Source: Antedon mediterranea (lineage: Eukaryota > Animalia > Echinodermata). Taken from it: a stretch of DNA of 64,000 bases. Shown here in pieces: positions 1 to 11,640 of this stretch (positions are counted from its first letter, which is position 1; every line of letters starts with the position of its first letter). The translations under genes and the position numbers were made by a program. The notes beneath the pieces are model-generated. The model made no database searches and was not told the DNA's origin. It worked only from the letters and a program-made list of their open reading frames with translations. Where the stretch lies: assembly GCF_964355755.1 (NCBI RefSeq), contig NC_092674.1, positions 9,362,001 through 9,426,000 of the forward strand. Direction: 5' to 3'.

Positions 1-345
1 GATGTCTCACTATACATATGAGACATGATCATCTGTATATGTAATATGAACACCTGCATGAGATGTCTCACTATACATATGAGACATGATCATCTGTATA
101 TGTAATATGAACATCTGCATGAGATGTCTCACCATACATATGAGACATGATCATCTGTATATGTAATATGAACATCTGCATGAGATGTCTCACTATACAT
201 ATGAGACTTGATCATCTGTATATGTAATATGAACATCTGCATGAGATGTCTCACTATACATATGAGACATGATCATCTGTATATGTAAAATGATCATCTG
301 CATATGAGATATAAATATACATAAGAGACATGATCATCTGTATGT
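1..345. repeat. 61-bp tandem minisatellite, about 5 copies plus a degenerate end; truncated by the window start
   Basis: Unit GATGTCTCACTATACATATGAGACATGATCATCTGTATATGTAATATGAACAYCTGCATGA starts at 1, 62, 123, 184 and 245. Confidence 0.95.
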
Positions 346-536
346 AACAGATTGAGATCAAATAACATGTATAAGTATATCACTTTAAAACGTCATTAGC
401 ATATGATCACCTGTATACTCTATAATATATTCAAAATCATTGTTGCAAATATCTTTCTTCTACATACAAAAAGAAATATGATTATGTACATTTTTTGAAA
501 TACAGTTATTTGCATACAAGTGCCAGTCATAGTATA

Positions 537-991
537 CAGTAGAAAATCGCTATTTAGGAGACATCATTTTAAGGTGACACTTTTCCAGTGTGTTATATTT
601 TAACACTACAGCCAACCCCTATTTAGGGGCCACTTTTCCAGTGTGTTATATTTTAACACTACAGCCATCCCCTATTTAGGGGCCACTTTTCCAGTGTGTT
701 ATATTTTAACACTACAGCCAACCCCTATTTAGGGGCCACTTTTCCAGTGTGTTATATTTTAACACTACAGCCAACCCCTATTTAGGGGCCACTTTTCCAG
801 TGTGTTATATTTTAACACTACAGCCAACCCCTATTTAGGGGCCACTTTTCCAGTGTGTTATATTTTAACACTACAGCCAACCCCTATTTAGGGGCCACTT
901 TTCCAGTGTGTTATATTTTAACACTACAGCCATCCCCTATTTAGGGGCCACTTTTTGGCCCGGCAGATGTCCCCTTGATAGTGTTCTACTG
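537..991. mobile_element. Non-autonomous Tc1/mariner-pogo-like MITE carrying an internal 53-bp tandem array
   Basis: TA|CAGTAGAAAATCGCTATTTAGGAGACATC ... GATGTCCCCTTGATAGTGTTCTACTG|TA: imperfect TIRs with a TA target duplication. Confidence 0.75.
578..955. repeat. 53-bp tandem repeat, 7 near-identical copies
   Basis: CACTTTTCCAGTGTGTTATATTTTAACACTACAGCCAWCCCCTATTTAGGGGC starts at 578, 631, 684, 737, 790, 843 and 896. Confidence 0.97.
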
Positions 992-3900
992 TATTTCTTA
1001 AGTCTCATAATGCCATCGTAAATTATATTGAAGGTAAAATTAAACTTATAAAAAGTAATGAAATTGTTAATGTTACAAGATTAAAGCAGAATACATAGAC
1101 TTAAAACTAAAAGTAACGAACATTGTGAGCCAAAAACTAAAAAAAAATAAATGTAATGGTCCAATGCAGAAAAAATATGTATGTATTTTGCATTAGCTAG
1201 CTCTCTCCTCCGCTGGATTTGACACATTTCATAGATTGTTCAGATAATTTTAAAGGTATATTTCATTTCAATTACAACTTGGTGATTTCCTCTACAACAA
1301 AAATATTTGAAAAAATAAAAGCAAAACTCATAATCGACTAGAATGTATGTTGATTCCCACATACACTTGACACAATCGAACTCGTATCATACTACACACA
1401 TTCGGTCTCTCTCACACGCAGCAATTACTAGTTTGCGAAAAGAAACATGCACAAAAATTCTTAAATGCAACACAATTATTTATGTTGCCAAGAATAATTG
1501 AAACACCTTCTTATTATCAAGTTTGAACTGTTGAGCTGGTCCCCTGTCAACTTGTCCACAGCCTATGACATCATCATCAGCAGCATCATTTAAATATCAT
1601 GCATAATTCATTACCTTACTTATCATAGCAACCAGCCTGTGGTATATTTAATATGATACATTGCTTAAAAAACGTACAATAAAATAATATCAACATTTAT
1701 AAAATCAATTAATTTGTATCCAAATTATTTAAAGGGTCATCATACATATAATTAAGGCTTTGATGCCAAAATATTTATTTTCGGTAGATCTGAAAAATCA
1801 CTTTTCGTTCATTTTTTTTAGTAATATATCTAACATTCATATAAAACTACAAATATCTATTCACTTCTTTATACAGTAATAATAAATATATACAATGGCT
1901 ATACAACAGAAGACAGTGTGGTATATGTTTAAATGCTATTGGTATCCATATGTATTTTATCAGATTTTAAACAACAGTTGTTGGCAAATCATCTGCCTGA
2001 ATTCACATTTTCAGAAGATTCTGCGTAATGCTCATTACTTACAAAACCCATTTATTTTATTTATCAGAGAGTGCAAGTTTCAACACTAAAGTTTATACTG
2101 GTAGAACAAGTTACATTTTTAACAAAACATGGCCAGTTATGAAAAACACTCTTTCACATGTTAATTATCATCTAATTTCATTAAATACAATATCCTATAA
2201 TCTTTGGCCTGTCATCATTCATGGAAAAAAAATAGCTCTCATTTAAGAAATATAAGATATAAAAGAAAACTTTTTACACTGTACACTGTAAATTCAACCA
2301 GTTACAAAGTCACCACTGTAAAATTGAAAAAAAAAAAAATGGTTGTGGCAATACTTATTTAACAGTAGGTACCAAATCCAGTGAATATGGCTGTGGTAGT
2401 ACGTATCTGTTAACAGTAAGAGATAGTTGTTGTTCCAAATGCTTATGCTACAAAATTTGTTTTTGGTATAAAGACATTGCCAGAAATTCTGTTCAATTTG
2501 GTGTTAAAAATCTCAGTAAAAAGCTTTAGGAATAAAACCAAAAAAGGTCTTGCTTAGAGAAATTTTGGTGTGAAGCTTAAGAAGCAGCGAACAAATGTCT
2601 ACTCAAAACTGGTTTTAAAGTGGGATATATTACATTGATTTTGTTAAGAGATTCTATGCAATGAGAAGTTAAATAGAGTGTCAATTAGAAAAATAGCCAG
2701 TTACCAACTAGTTAAGAACCATATAGAAACATGTATATAATCAAACCAATAAAATTTCTTTAGATAGACTTATGTTGATTAAATTATCTCCAAATTAGTG
2801 GAATGTTATTTGAAACTTCTGGGTTTTGCGAATGTTCCACATATAATAATAATTTCAATATAAAGTACTCATACAAAATTATGGATATCATTAACAATTG
2901 TATGCCACAATGCAGGAAAAAATATACAACTTTGTTTCTATTGCCCACACATCCAGAACATTAAATTTGACATTATTTGACTATCAAATGTTTGTGATAA
3001 CCAGGAAACTGTCAAGAATTTCAAACATGTAACCTCAAATAAATTTGACATACATTAAAGAAAATCACAATAAGAATATATGAACATTGTATGTATCAGA
3101 GTTAAGAAAAGCAATCTGAAAACTAGGCCGACAATTGGTTCCAACTCACATAGTTTTTAAAGCTAGAAATGAGCTGGCATTGGCATTACCACCCACACCA
3201 AGAGGTGTGATGATGATATTGCGTTAATTCCCAAATGCATTTTTAAGTTTATCGAAACTGTAAAAACGCAGATTTCCTTAAACAGCCACTGGACATAGTT
3301 ATGCTGATACCCCTTTCACAGAGGTAACGGTAAAATTCATGAAATATTACTTTCTATATGAACGGGTCTAGATGGGTAATAACACCAGCATGCTTACTAC
3401 AATTTTTGTGTGAAAGGACTCTGGAGTTGATTTAAATTAATGAAAACTGGTCATATTCTTAGTTCTACGATAGTAACTCTACTACGTATGCATGTGTGAC
3501 TTCAGAACCAATCATAGGGCAGAACTCAGTATGTTTGCATTTTAAACAAGCATGAAGTGCTACAATATTGTTATTAAAATCAGTAAAATTATGCAAGATT
3601 TGTTTAAGTATATTTCCTGACTTGAGGGTTTGAAATTTAAAATTTTAACCACCATAAGATTGGCACCAAATCTGGGAAGATCACAAAGGTGTAACGTTTG
3701 AAAAAGAAACAGATTACAAATATAGAACAATTACAAATGTGTATTATTAATTAATTAAAAATCGTAATGTACAATTAAAATAAACTTTTAAAGGCAATTT
3801 TGGTAACTACATTTTTTTCTACAGATAGTATAAATTTACATATTCACATATTTACAGGTACCGGTAGATATTTAAATGAGTTAACCTCCTGAATTTTGAA

Positions 3901-4132
3901 TAATCTGTTGGTCTTCAACATGATGTTTGGCAAGTTGCCAGCTAAAACTGGCAGATAAATACAAAGCTATCTCAAATACTGTTGCCTATTCAGTGTTTGC
4001 AATCACACAAGTACCATCTTAATGTTATTATTGGGTAGAAACAGCACAAACTGTTGTTGCTTAGGATATGTACAGACAGATGACATTAGACGCCTTAGTT
4101 GTAAAATCATCCTTCGTGTTTAGGCAGCATTA

Positions 4133-4271
4133 AGATCTGTCTACACTATCAAACTTTATGTGACCAAAAAATGTGATGTGCCCATATATGAACACGATGA
4201 TGTAATATCACTACCATATTTGAGGACATGACACTTTTTTGTCAAACTAGTTTGATAGTGTAGACAGAACC
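4133..4271. mobile_element. PIF/Harbinger-like (Tourist-type) MITE, family A, in the probable mastermind 3' UTR
   Basis: TIR TCTGTCTACACTATCAAACT / AGTTTGATAGTGTAGACAGA with TTA on both sides; the same family occurs at 23388, 25242, 39152 and 42442. Confidence 0.85.
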
Positions 4272-4582
4272 TTAGAGGTGCAGATTGTTGTAACACTAGA
4301 TGGGGATTCAGATGGGTTACACCTCATGTATCTGTCTCCGTTAAAACCACTAATAAATACTTAAAAATAACATTATACTAAATTATATATTAGTTGGTTT
4401 TTGGCAGACATACAAATGTCATGTGTCTGAAAATAGCCAAGCATCTACTGGATGGTAACAACAGAATTGGTCCATTCCCATTTTGCGCAGCTTAAAGAAG
4501 CTAGCCCTAATCTTCACCTATCAAATTATTTCACACACCAATTATATTTATCTATGGACCTTGCTCTAAGCATTGACCCACT

Positions 4583-7045
4583 TTACAAGGGATTGCTTAA
4601 AATGGCTTCAAGATCATTGAGGTCTGCCTCGGTAAACTGTTTTGTTGGATTATGCAAACTAGCATTTGGATTGGTCATTGGCACATTGTTCATAATATTC
4701 TGATGTATGTTAATGTTATTTGGATTTCCGTAAGTGGATACACCAGCTGATACTTGTAATTGTTGGTCCAAAGCTTGCTGTTGTGAATTCAATGAAATCG
4801 AGGTTTGAATGTTTGTATTAATTTGCTGCCGATTAGCCATATTCCCGGGATAAAACCCCCGCCGCATATTCATGTTGGGTACATTATTTGTGTTCATTGT
4901 CGTGGCTGCGGTCTGACCAAAGTTAGTCTGTTGCTGGAATTGCATGTCACCAGGCAAGTTGAAAGTGTTTTGAAAGCGTGGGTTTGTCACGGTTGTGCTA
5001 ACTTGTGCAGTTGCTTGAAGCATATTTTGTGACATTGTTGGGTTCATAACTTGATTCCTTCCTTGCCAGACTCTCTGTTGTTGTTGCTGCTGTTGCTGCT
5101 GCTGTTGCTGTTGCTGCTGCTGTTGTTGTAAAAGCTGTCCTCTTGCAAGCATGTTGCCATTTTGTCCGACCATAGTTTGTCTGTTGATTCCTGGCCTGAG
5201 TTGAGTATTTTGACCAGCAGCCAACCTCATCATCGCTACACTCTGTCCATGTTGCTGCAATCCTTGAGTGTTTTGATCCTGATAATTAAACATAGGGTTC
5301 TGTTGGTTTGCCAGAGTTTGCATCGTCTGTCCAGCCGGAGCATGAGGAACCTGCATTCCTTGAGTTGGCATATTAGCCATCCCCTGTCGGTAATCTGGTG
5401 GATTCATTGAACTGGGATTTTGCCGCTGCATCAGTTGTGCTTGCTGCATACTCATTTGAGTGTTTTGGTACACAGAGTTATTCATGGTTCGTGTTTCCTC
5501 GTAACGTGGTGGAGGTCTACTGTTATGATTCATTACTTGTTTCATCTGATCTTGCATGTTTTGTGTTGGCATCAACTGTTGATTGTGTTGTTGCTGCTGA
5601 AATTGCATTTGTTTACTGTACTGCATCATTCGCATTTGTTGTTGTAGCTTATTTTGTCGCGACATTAGCAGCGACGATCCATTATTCAATTGTTGTTGCA
5701 GCAGCTTTTTACTAGACATGTGCTGTTGATGTTGATGTGGCTGTCGTAGCATTTGTTGTGTGATTGGCATATTTGTCTGCTTGAATGGTAAGCTTGGTTT
5801 CTTCTGAGTTTGCTGTTGGTTTGATAGAATATTTGGTACTGGCGGCCTAACAGGAATAGAAACATTTGGTGTACGGTCGATGCTAACCGGCATTATTGTG
5901 TCTTGCTGATAATTTGGAGTGAACGGAGCAATTTTCTGTGGATCCTCAAACACTGTGCCACCAGGTCCAGTAAACACCTGTTTTGGAGCTGCTTGCCCAG
6001 GTAAAGACATATTTGCTTGCCCGGATAGGGACATATTTGCCTGCCCAGATAAGGACATATTTGTTTGCCCGGATAAGGACATATTTGGCTGCTGCTGTGG
6101 CTGCTGGAACATGCCATTCATTTGAACCTGAGGTTCAGATTTGATCATGTTATTTGTGAATCCCATTCCGGGTTTTGCATGTGATATTGACGAAAGTGGA
6201 TTTTGAAAGTTTGGTTGCCTGTGTCCTAATTGTACTTGTTCTTGTTTTGGGACTGCATTTTTATAAAGAGACGGATTTTTTGGAGAGTTACGCGACATAG
6301 TGCTCATGAATTGTTGACTCTCTGTTTTTATTGGCTGCCGAAGCATATCCTGATTTGGTTGTTGATTTGGTCTTAATTCACCTATATTTGGGAGGGCTTC
6401 ACTTGTCGGTGTCTTAACGTCAGTGGCGACGGTGTTTGGTGGTCCTTTCATATCGTACGCACCACCAGCACCATTGTTACCTTGCGGCAGGACAGTCATG
6501 CTGTCCCTTGGCATGGCATTGTTTATCTGTCCATTAATTTGTCCATTAACCTGGCCAAGTGACATGCCAGGTGAGTTAGTACTATGAATAAGAGTCTCCT
6601 GATTTTCATCCGTTTTGTTATCTCCAAATTTTGTTCCAAAACTTTCAGTCAACTCTTTTTTCCATACTTCTTCTAGTTCTTTTAGTTTTTTCTCAATTTG
6701 TTTGTACTGATCGGGATCACGAATTATGTCATTTTCAATATCCTTAAAATTAATATGGCCATCAATAAGATTTGAAACAAAACAATCGTTTCTAGAATTT
6801 GGACTGAATGACATTGGATCATTATCAGTGGCAGTTGCTAGCGTATCTTGTTGTTGACTTATCGTGACATTCACATTTGTTTTATCGTTTAGCGTGATAT
6901 CAATCGACATACTTGTGCTTGACACATTTTCTCCAGCTTTGTGATTTGGTCTTTTTGGTGGTATCTGATGGCCTTCTGGCTCTGCGTGACTATTTTCCCG
7001 TTTACGCTTATTATTTGTCGGTGTTTGTCCGGAGTTTAGCAACTT
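4583..7045 (-). CDS. MAML: Mastermind-like Notch transcriptional coactivator, coding exon 2 (terminal exon, 820 aa plus stop)
   Basis: Acceptor tttcAG|AAG at 7046/7045 is phase 0 and matches exon 1. The protein is Q/N/M/P-rich, with a basic NLS-like NKRKRE, a central acidic helix (LEEVWKKELTESF), polyQ, two PPxY motifs and a C-terminal acidic tail (FTEADLNDLEAIL). The first 73 aa of the ORF-track ORF are intronic. Confidence 0.85.
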   Translation of the reverse strand, partial: KLLNSGQTPTNNKRKRENSHAEPEGHQIPPKRPNHKAGENVSSTSMSIDITLNDKTNVNVTISQQQDTLATATDNDPMSFSPNSRNDCFVSNLIDGHINFKDIENDIIRDPDQYKQIEKKLKELEEVWKKELTESFGTKFGDNKTDENQETLIHSTNSPGMSLGQVNGQINGQINNAMPRDSMTVLPQGNNGAGGAYDMKGPPNTVATDVKTPTSEALPNIGELRPNQQPNQDMLRQPIKTESQQFMSTMSRNSPKNPSLYKNAVPKQEQVQLGHRQPNFQNPLSSISHAKPGMGFTNNMIKSEPQVQMNGMFQQPQQQPNMSLSGQTNMSLSGQANMSLSGQANMSLPGQAAPKQVFTGPGGTVFEDPQKIAPFTPNYQQDTIMPVSIDRTPNVSIPVRPPVPNILSNQQQTQKKPSLPFKQTNMPITQQMLRQPHQHQQHMSSKKLLQQQLNNGSSLLMSRQNKLQQQMRMMQYSKQMQFQQQQHNQQLMPTQNMQDQMKQVMNHNSRPPPRYEETRTMNNSVYQNTQMSMQQAQLMQRQNPSSMNPPDYRQGMANMPTQGMQVPHAPAGQTMQTLANQQNPMFNYQDQNTQGLQQHGQSVAMMRLAAGQNTQLRPGINRQTMVGQNGNMLARGQLLQQQQQQQQQQQQQQQQQQRVWQGRNQVMNPTMSQNMLQATAQVSTTVTNPRFQNTFNLPGDMQFQQQTNFGQTAATTMNTNNVPNMNMRRGFYPGNMANRQQINTNIQTSISLNSQQQALDQQLQVSAGVSTYGNPNNINIHQNIMNNVPMTNPNASLHNPTKQFTEADLNDLEAILSNPL
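5075..5128 (-). repeat. Mixed CAG/CAA tract encoding 18 consecutive Gln in MAML
   Basis: 18 ctg/ttg triplets on the plus strand, in frame with exon 2. Confidence 0.95.
5990..6085 (-). repeat. Coding 24-bp tandem repeat x4 (NMSL[S/P]GQ[T/A])
   Basis: Four 24-bp units at 5990, 6014, 6038 and 6062, in frame. Confidence 0.95.
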
Positions 7046-9283
7046 CTGAAACATGAAATAAACAAGAATATATAAGATAACAAAAAAGACATTTTTCACC
7101 TTTTCTTTGAAAAAAAAAAATCTATTTAATATATCGTCTTTATACAAAAATATATTTTTCTCTGTAAATAATTTGGAATGGAAAGTCAAATACAGGCATA
7201 CCAATCTTGTCAGTAATACTACAGGTATGCCATTGTATGCTTCACTAGGCACATGAATATGCAATTAGTTTAGAGGTCAAAGGTGGATTATAACCTAAAT
7301 AATAGGGATTGACTTGATACAATTTTACAGTGTACAATACACTGACAATTGTTCATGATATCAAATCTAATGTACAAGAATTAAGCATTCTAACCTAATT
7401 TACATAATTTATAGTGCCAACAAAAAATAAAAAAACAAATTTAATATTTAAAAATAGGTTTTAAAATTGACTTCATACCCCATTTGAATTAAATTTATTG
7501 ATTGCTTCTTATACCATTTATTATTCAATAAATATATTTATTTTGATATTACATTTTCTAACCACAAAAACGACCAAAATATGTTTTGTTTTTAATTCTA
7601 TTAGTATCTAAAATTAACCAATAGACCAACCATTTATTGCATTAAACAATTTATTTAGGGATTAAAATAAAAATTTGTTTAATTACAAAGGACAAGTATA
7701 TAACAGTGTGTACAGTGCTTATCCACAAAGGTTTTGTCGCTGTTACTATGTGGAAAACGTATTTAACTCTATGCTTTCACAATTTCTACATGTTTCTTTA
7801 AGTGACATCTGAATAAGAATGATATATGTGCTACATTAGGCACGGGATGCAGTAGATGAAACGCATACAGCGCAGTAAAATGTTACTAACCTAGCGAGTG
7901 GATAGAATACTAGAGGGACACATAAGAAAAACTTGATTAATAATTCCCTGTCAAATCTCCTGTACAAAGCTTTTTGAAAATACTTAGCATATTTGCAATG
8001 ATTAATGCCATAACGGTTGCTAAAGTTTTATGTTGTTAAAAACAAACAAAGCAAATGAAAAGTTATTTGAATAATTATACCATGAATAAATTAAAGATGT
8101 TTTGTCCCCCAAAAACATGAAAAATAAAGATTAATAAAATCAAACTTTGAATAGGTAATTTTGTAGTTTAACAAAGTTAATCACTTTCTTTGTTTTCACT
8201 TATATAATGACAAAATAAACGGTTAACTTCAACCAAAAACCCATTGGCTCCCAGCCAATTTGTCTATTTTTTTGCTTTAAATTACAGTTTTATCAGGTAA
8301 ATACATTTTTTCCTGATCTAATTTTAGGTCAAAGTGAATAACTATTATGTGACATTAAAATGCCATATTCAGCAAAAAAAAAAAAAAAAAAATCTTTAAT
8401 AAACTTGATCACAAGAGGGCCTTATACAAAAAACACCAACAAAGTCTTTTATAGCCAGTTTTACTTTAAATTAAATATACCAGAGTTCAGTATCAATTAA
8501 AAAAAAACATGTTTAACTGTATTTTGAAATATTTTATTATTACCGGTAATAACTTTTCTAATTTGAGTTACAATTTATTACAAAAACTCCAATTAAACAA
8601 CCAGGTCAATACAATATATGATATTGCTGTCACAGTGATGTAGCCATGAGAAATAAAGTCCGGTTTTCGCAAGTAAAAGGAACAATCTCTGGGTTCAAGC
8701 CACTGGGTAATCAAAGGCCTCTGTGAAAAGGTGGTCAGGTTGAAACCTTGCCGTCCGTACTGGTGGCTATGGCCCTGTGTCATACTTCGAACAACATAAA
8801 TGATGTTGCAACACCTAATGTTTGTTTTTAATACTAATTGAAAACCTTTCCTGCTGCTAAAAATTATGATTCTCATTCATTTTTTCTGAAACTTAAGCCA
8901 TCTCCGTATATTAGGCTACGCTTTATTGTGCTTGTAGTATAACCACTGACCATGTTAATCAAATCCTAGCTGTATACACAAATCCTTTGATCTCTCTACA
9001 AGCCTAGATACTACAGACAGCTCATTTTGATTATTTATTCATACTGTACATACAGTTTCTTGCATTATTTTATCAGGTAATCATGTATAGTTGTTGTTCA
9101 ATATGTGTGATGTATGTTCCTACGATAAGTATTTTGACCGATGTCTGTCACAAACGACAATGTCAATTAGTCTTACATTCATCTGAATGATGGATATAAT
9201 ACTAAGTCAGTACTGTCTAAAGCACCTTGATTGGTCCTATCATTGATTAAGGGCTTTTCTCGCCCAGTGTCCAGCTCCATATA

Positions 9284-9351
9284 TACAACACCCAAAATTC
9301 CCAGTTGCTTAACTTCGGCGATCTGACGAGAACCAGTTTTTCAACGTGGTA
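9284..9351 (-). pseudogene. 5S rRNA-derived sequence with an internal deletion (5S pseudogene or head of a 5S-derived SINE)
   Basis: The minus strand reads TACCACGTTGAAAAACTGGTTCTCGTCAGATCGCCGAAGTTAAGCAAC-TGGGAATTTTGGGTGTTGTA. This matches the 5' half and 3' end of animal 5S rRNA, with the box C region missing. Confidence 0.8.
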
Positions 9352-11448
9352 CAATAAAATACTGTACTATTTCAAGATTCGTTGATCATTGTTAGAGTTA
9401 TTTTTTTATGTTTGTTCATTATTCTCTTTCTCGCAAAATAAATGAAATAATTATTTGTCAGATTTATATATTAAACAAATCTAAAAAATTATCTAAACTT
9501 TCTTCAATAATTTTGCTTAAGACAGTTTTCAAAATAACCTAAGCAAATATTTTTTCATCCTAATTTTGTAAAAATATATGATGTATACAAATAACTGATG
9601 AAACCTCAGTTTTTCACTTAAGCACTTCCTGACAATCTTGACTTAAGCAAAAGTAAAAATATGTTATGATGTTTAATTGGCAATTACGTTGTTTACAAAA
9701 TATAAAATAATCCATGTATTTTTTGTGATCTATGACTAGGGTTATTTATTACTTAATACGTAGAATAATAAGAATGTTACGTGTGCAAGTTTTTTTTTAA
9801 AGTGGGGGTAGAGGGTTAAATGCAAAACACATTCACATGAATCCTAATAGTAGTAATATACCAGTTTTTTAATTCCTTTGTAAGTAGGATAATTTCTACT
9901 ACAGTAGTAAATAATATAACTACATCAAGTCATTGTTATCATAATATATTTGCTGGTTTTCAGATCAGCCTTGTAAAACAATCACAATGATGTACATACA
10001 TGAGAGGTCACGACCCAAGTAGTGTTTGTAGTTCAAAGCTCCCCATGTTAGACTCTTGTGACCTTTCTGTACACTTTTTTTCTATTATATACAGTATTAT
10101 GCAGAAAGTTTGCTTTCCTTATAGATAGGCCTACTGTGTCATTCAGACAAATTTTATATATCCCTTAAAAACGTGTCATTCTTTTTGACATATTTAGAAG
10201 GGCATATACAATACTGTAGAAGAGTTTAAACTACTGGACTAAAAATTAGCGAGAAAGATCTAATAACACATAGCTGATGATATGTTTGATTCAAACTTTG
10301 AAGTATTTAGGCAATAATACTGTATATATGCAGACGTTAACAGAATGTGAAAATTGTTGTGTCTCCCTGCGTTGAAATAAAAGACACCTACGGTACATTC
10401 AGGGGATTTCATATTACTATTAAAGGGACACTTTGTTGGGTCCCAAAAGGTGTTCCCTTAAATTAGGTGTTCTACCGTATTGTGTAATGTTAAATCATAT
10501 ACAGTTTTATTAACATACACACACAAAATATTAAAAAACTAGCTTTGACTGGATCACTCATGACCAGAACTAGTCTTATAGAGTTTGCTACATCCACGGA
10601 CTACTTCCTGAGGGTTTAATTCCTTTGCCACCAGGAAAAGATTAGAAAACTAACAACTATAAATATATACAGTATATATATATATACAGTAACAGTCGAT
10701 ATTTTAAAAACAACTTTAAATCTATATATATGTATTTCATAAATGATTATTATAACCGACCTGCCAACCTATGGGTTATAAAAATCTGGTGAATTTTTAG
10801 AAGTTGTCAATAAAAACTGGAGATTTAACAAGAAATTGGGAGATTTAATAAATAACCAATACTGAAAATACTAAAAAAAAAAACAAGACAAATCAACTAA
10901 TATTTGCTGCCCTCTATCTTCTGGATAGTTAACCGTTGGTGGCGACTTGCAATTTGAAAATGGCGTTTTATTTATTTTGTCGCAAAGTTAGCAAAATATG
11001 CATACATTACACAATAACATCGATGTCAATGAAAATTATTCATAAATTGGAGTATTTTGTAAGAAATTTGTGAAACCAAAAGTATTACATTAGGGAAAAC
11101 TATGATAAAATCAGAAAAATCGGGTGAAAATCACATTAAATCGGGTGAAATGGAGATTGGCCTTAAATCATAACAAACAAACAAAAATCATATTTGGCAC
11201 GTCTGTTACCATCACTGAAACCGTTAAAATGGGGGAAAAACACAATTTTAGAAAGCCTCTCTAGTTGAGGCCTAGACCCAAGAAATAACAAAAACCAAAA
11301 TAGCCTCGTAAAAGTCTCTGCCTCTGTACCTAAAAAATAACTCTGCTGAATATTAATCTCAATAACCAACATCACAACTTTCTTTGCAACAAGGAAAAAA
11401 AACAAACCGATTATTTAAACACAGTTTAAAATTTATTTTACTCCAAAT

Positions 11449-11640
11449 GAACTTCTTCACACCTCCTAACAACTTTCTAAGGCTTAACTTCCTTTTTGAT
11501 CAGGAAAAGAATTTAAAACAAATATAGTATAAAAATGTATTTATTCCAAGTGAACTTCATCCCACCTCCTAACAACTTCCTGAGGGAAAACTTCCTTCGC
11601 CACCAGGAAAAGAATTAGAAAATTACCAAATATAGTAAAC
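11449..11640. repeat. Degenerate tandem duplication of about 103 bp, with a third partial copy at about 10600-10660
   Basis: GAACTTC..CACCTCCTAACAACTT....AACTTCCTT....CAGGAAAAGAATT repeats; ACTTCCTGAGGG...CCACCAGGAAAAG also occurs at 10603. Confidence 0.7.

Noticed and set aside
578-955. CRISPR-like appearance of the regularly spaced palindromic repeats (also 1-345)
   Set aside because: Units are head-to-tail with no unique spacers, there are no cas genes, and the context is eukaryotic.
1000-4580. K-box and Brd-box-like miRNA sites in the probable mastermind 3' UTR
   Set aside because: Scattered 6-7-mers at chance frequency, and the UTR end is unknown.
7046-7264. N-terminal 73 aa of the 893-aa ORF
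   Set aside because: Non-ATG start and an F/I/L-rich translation of an intronic T-rich tract ahead of a clear acceptor.
10278-10297. TGATATGTTTGAT, resembling the start of miR-190
   Set aside because: Only about 13 nt match and there is no supporting precursor hairpin.
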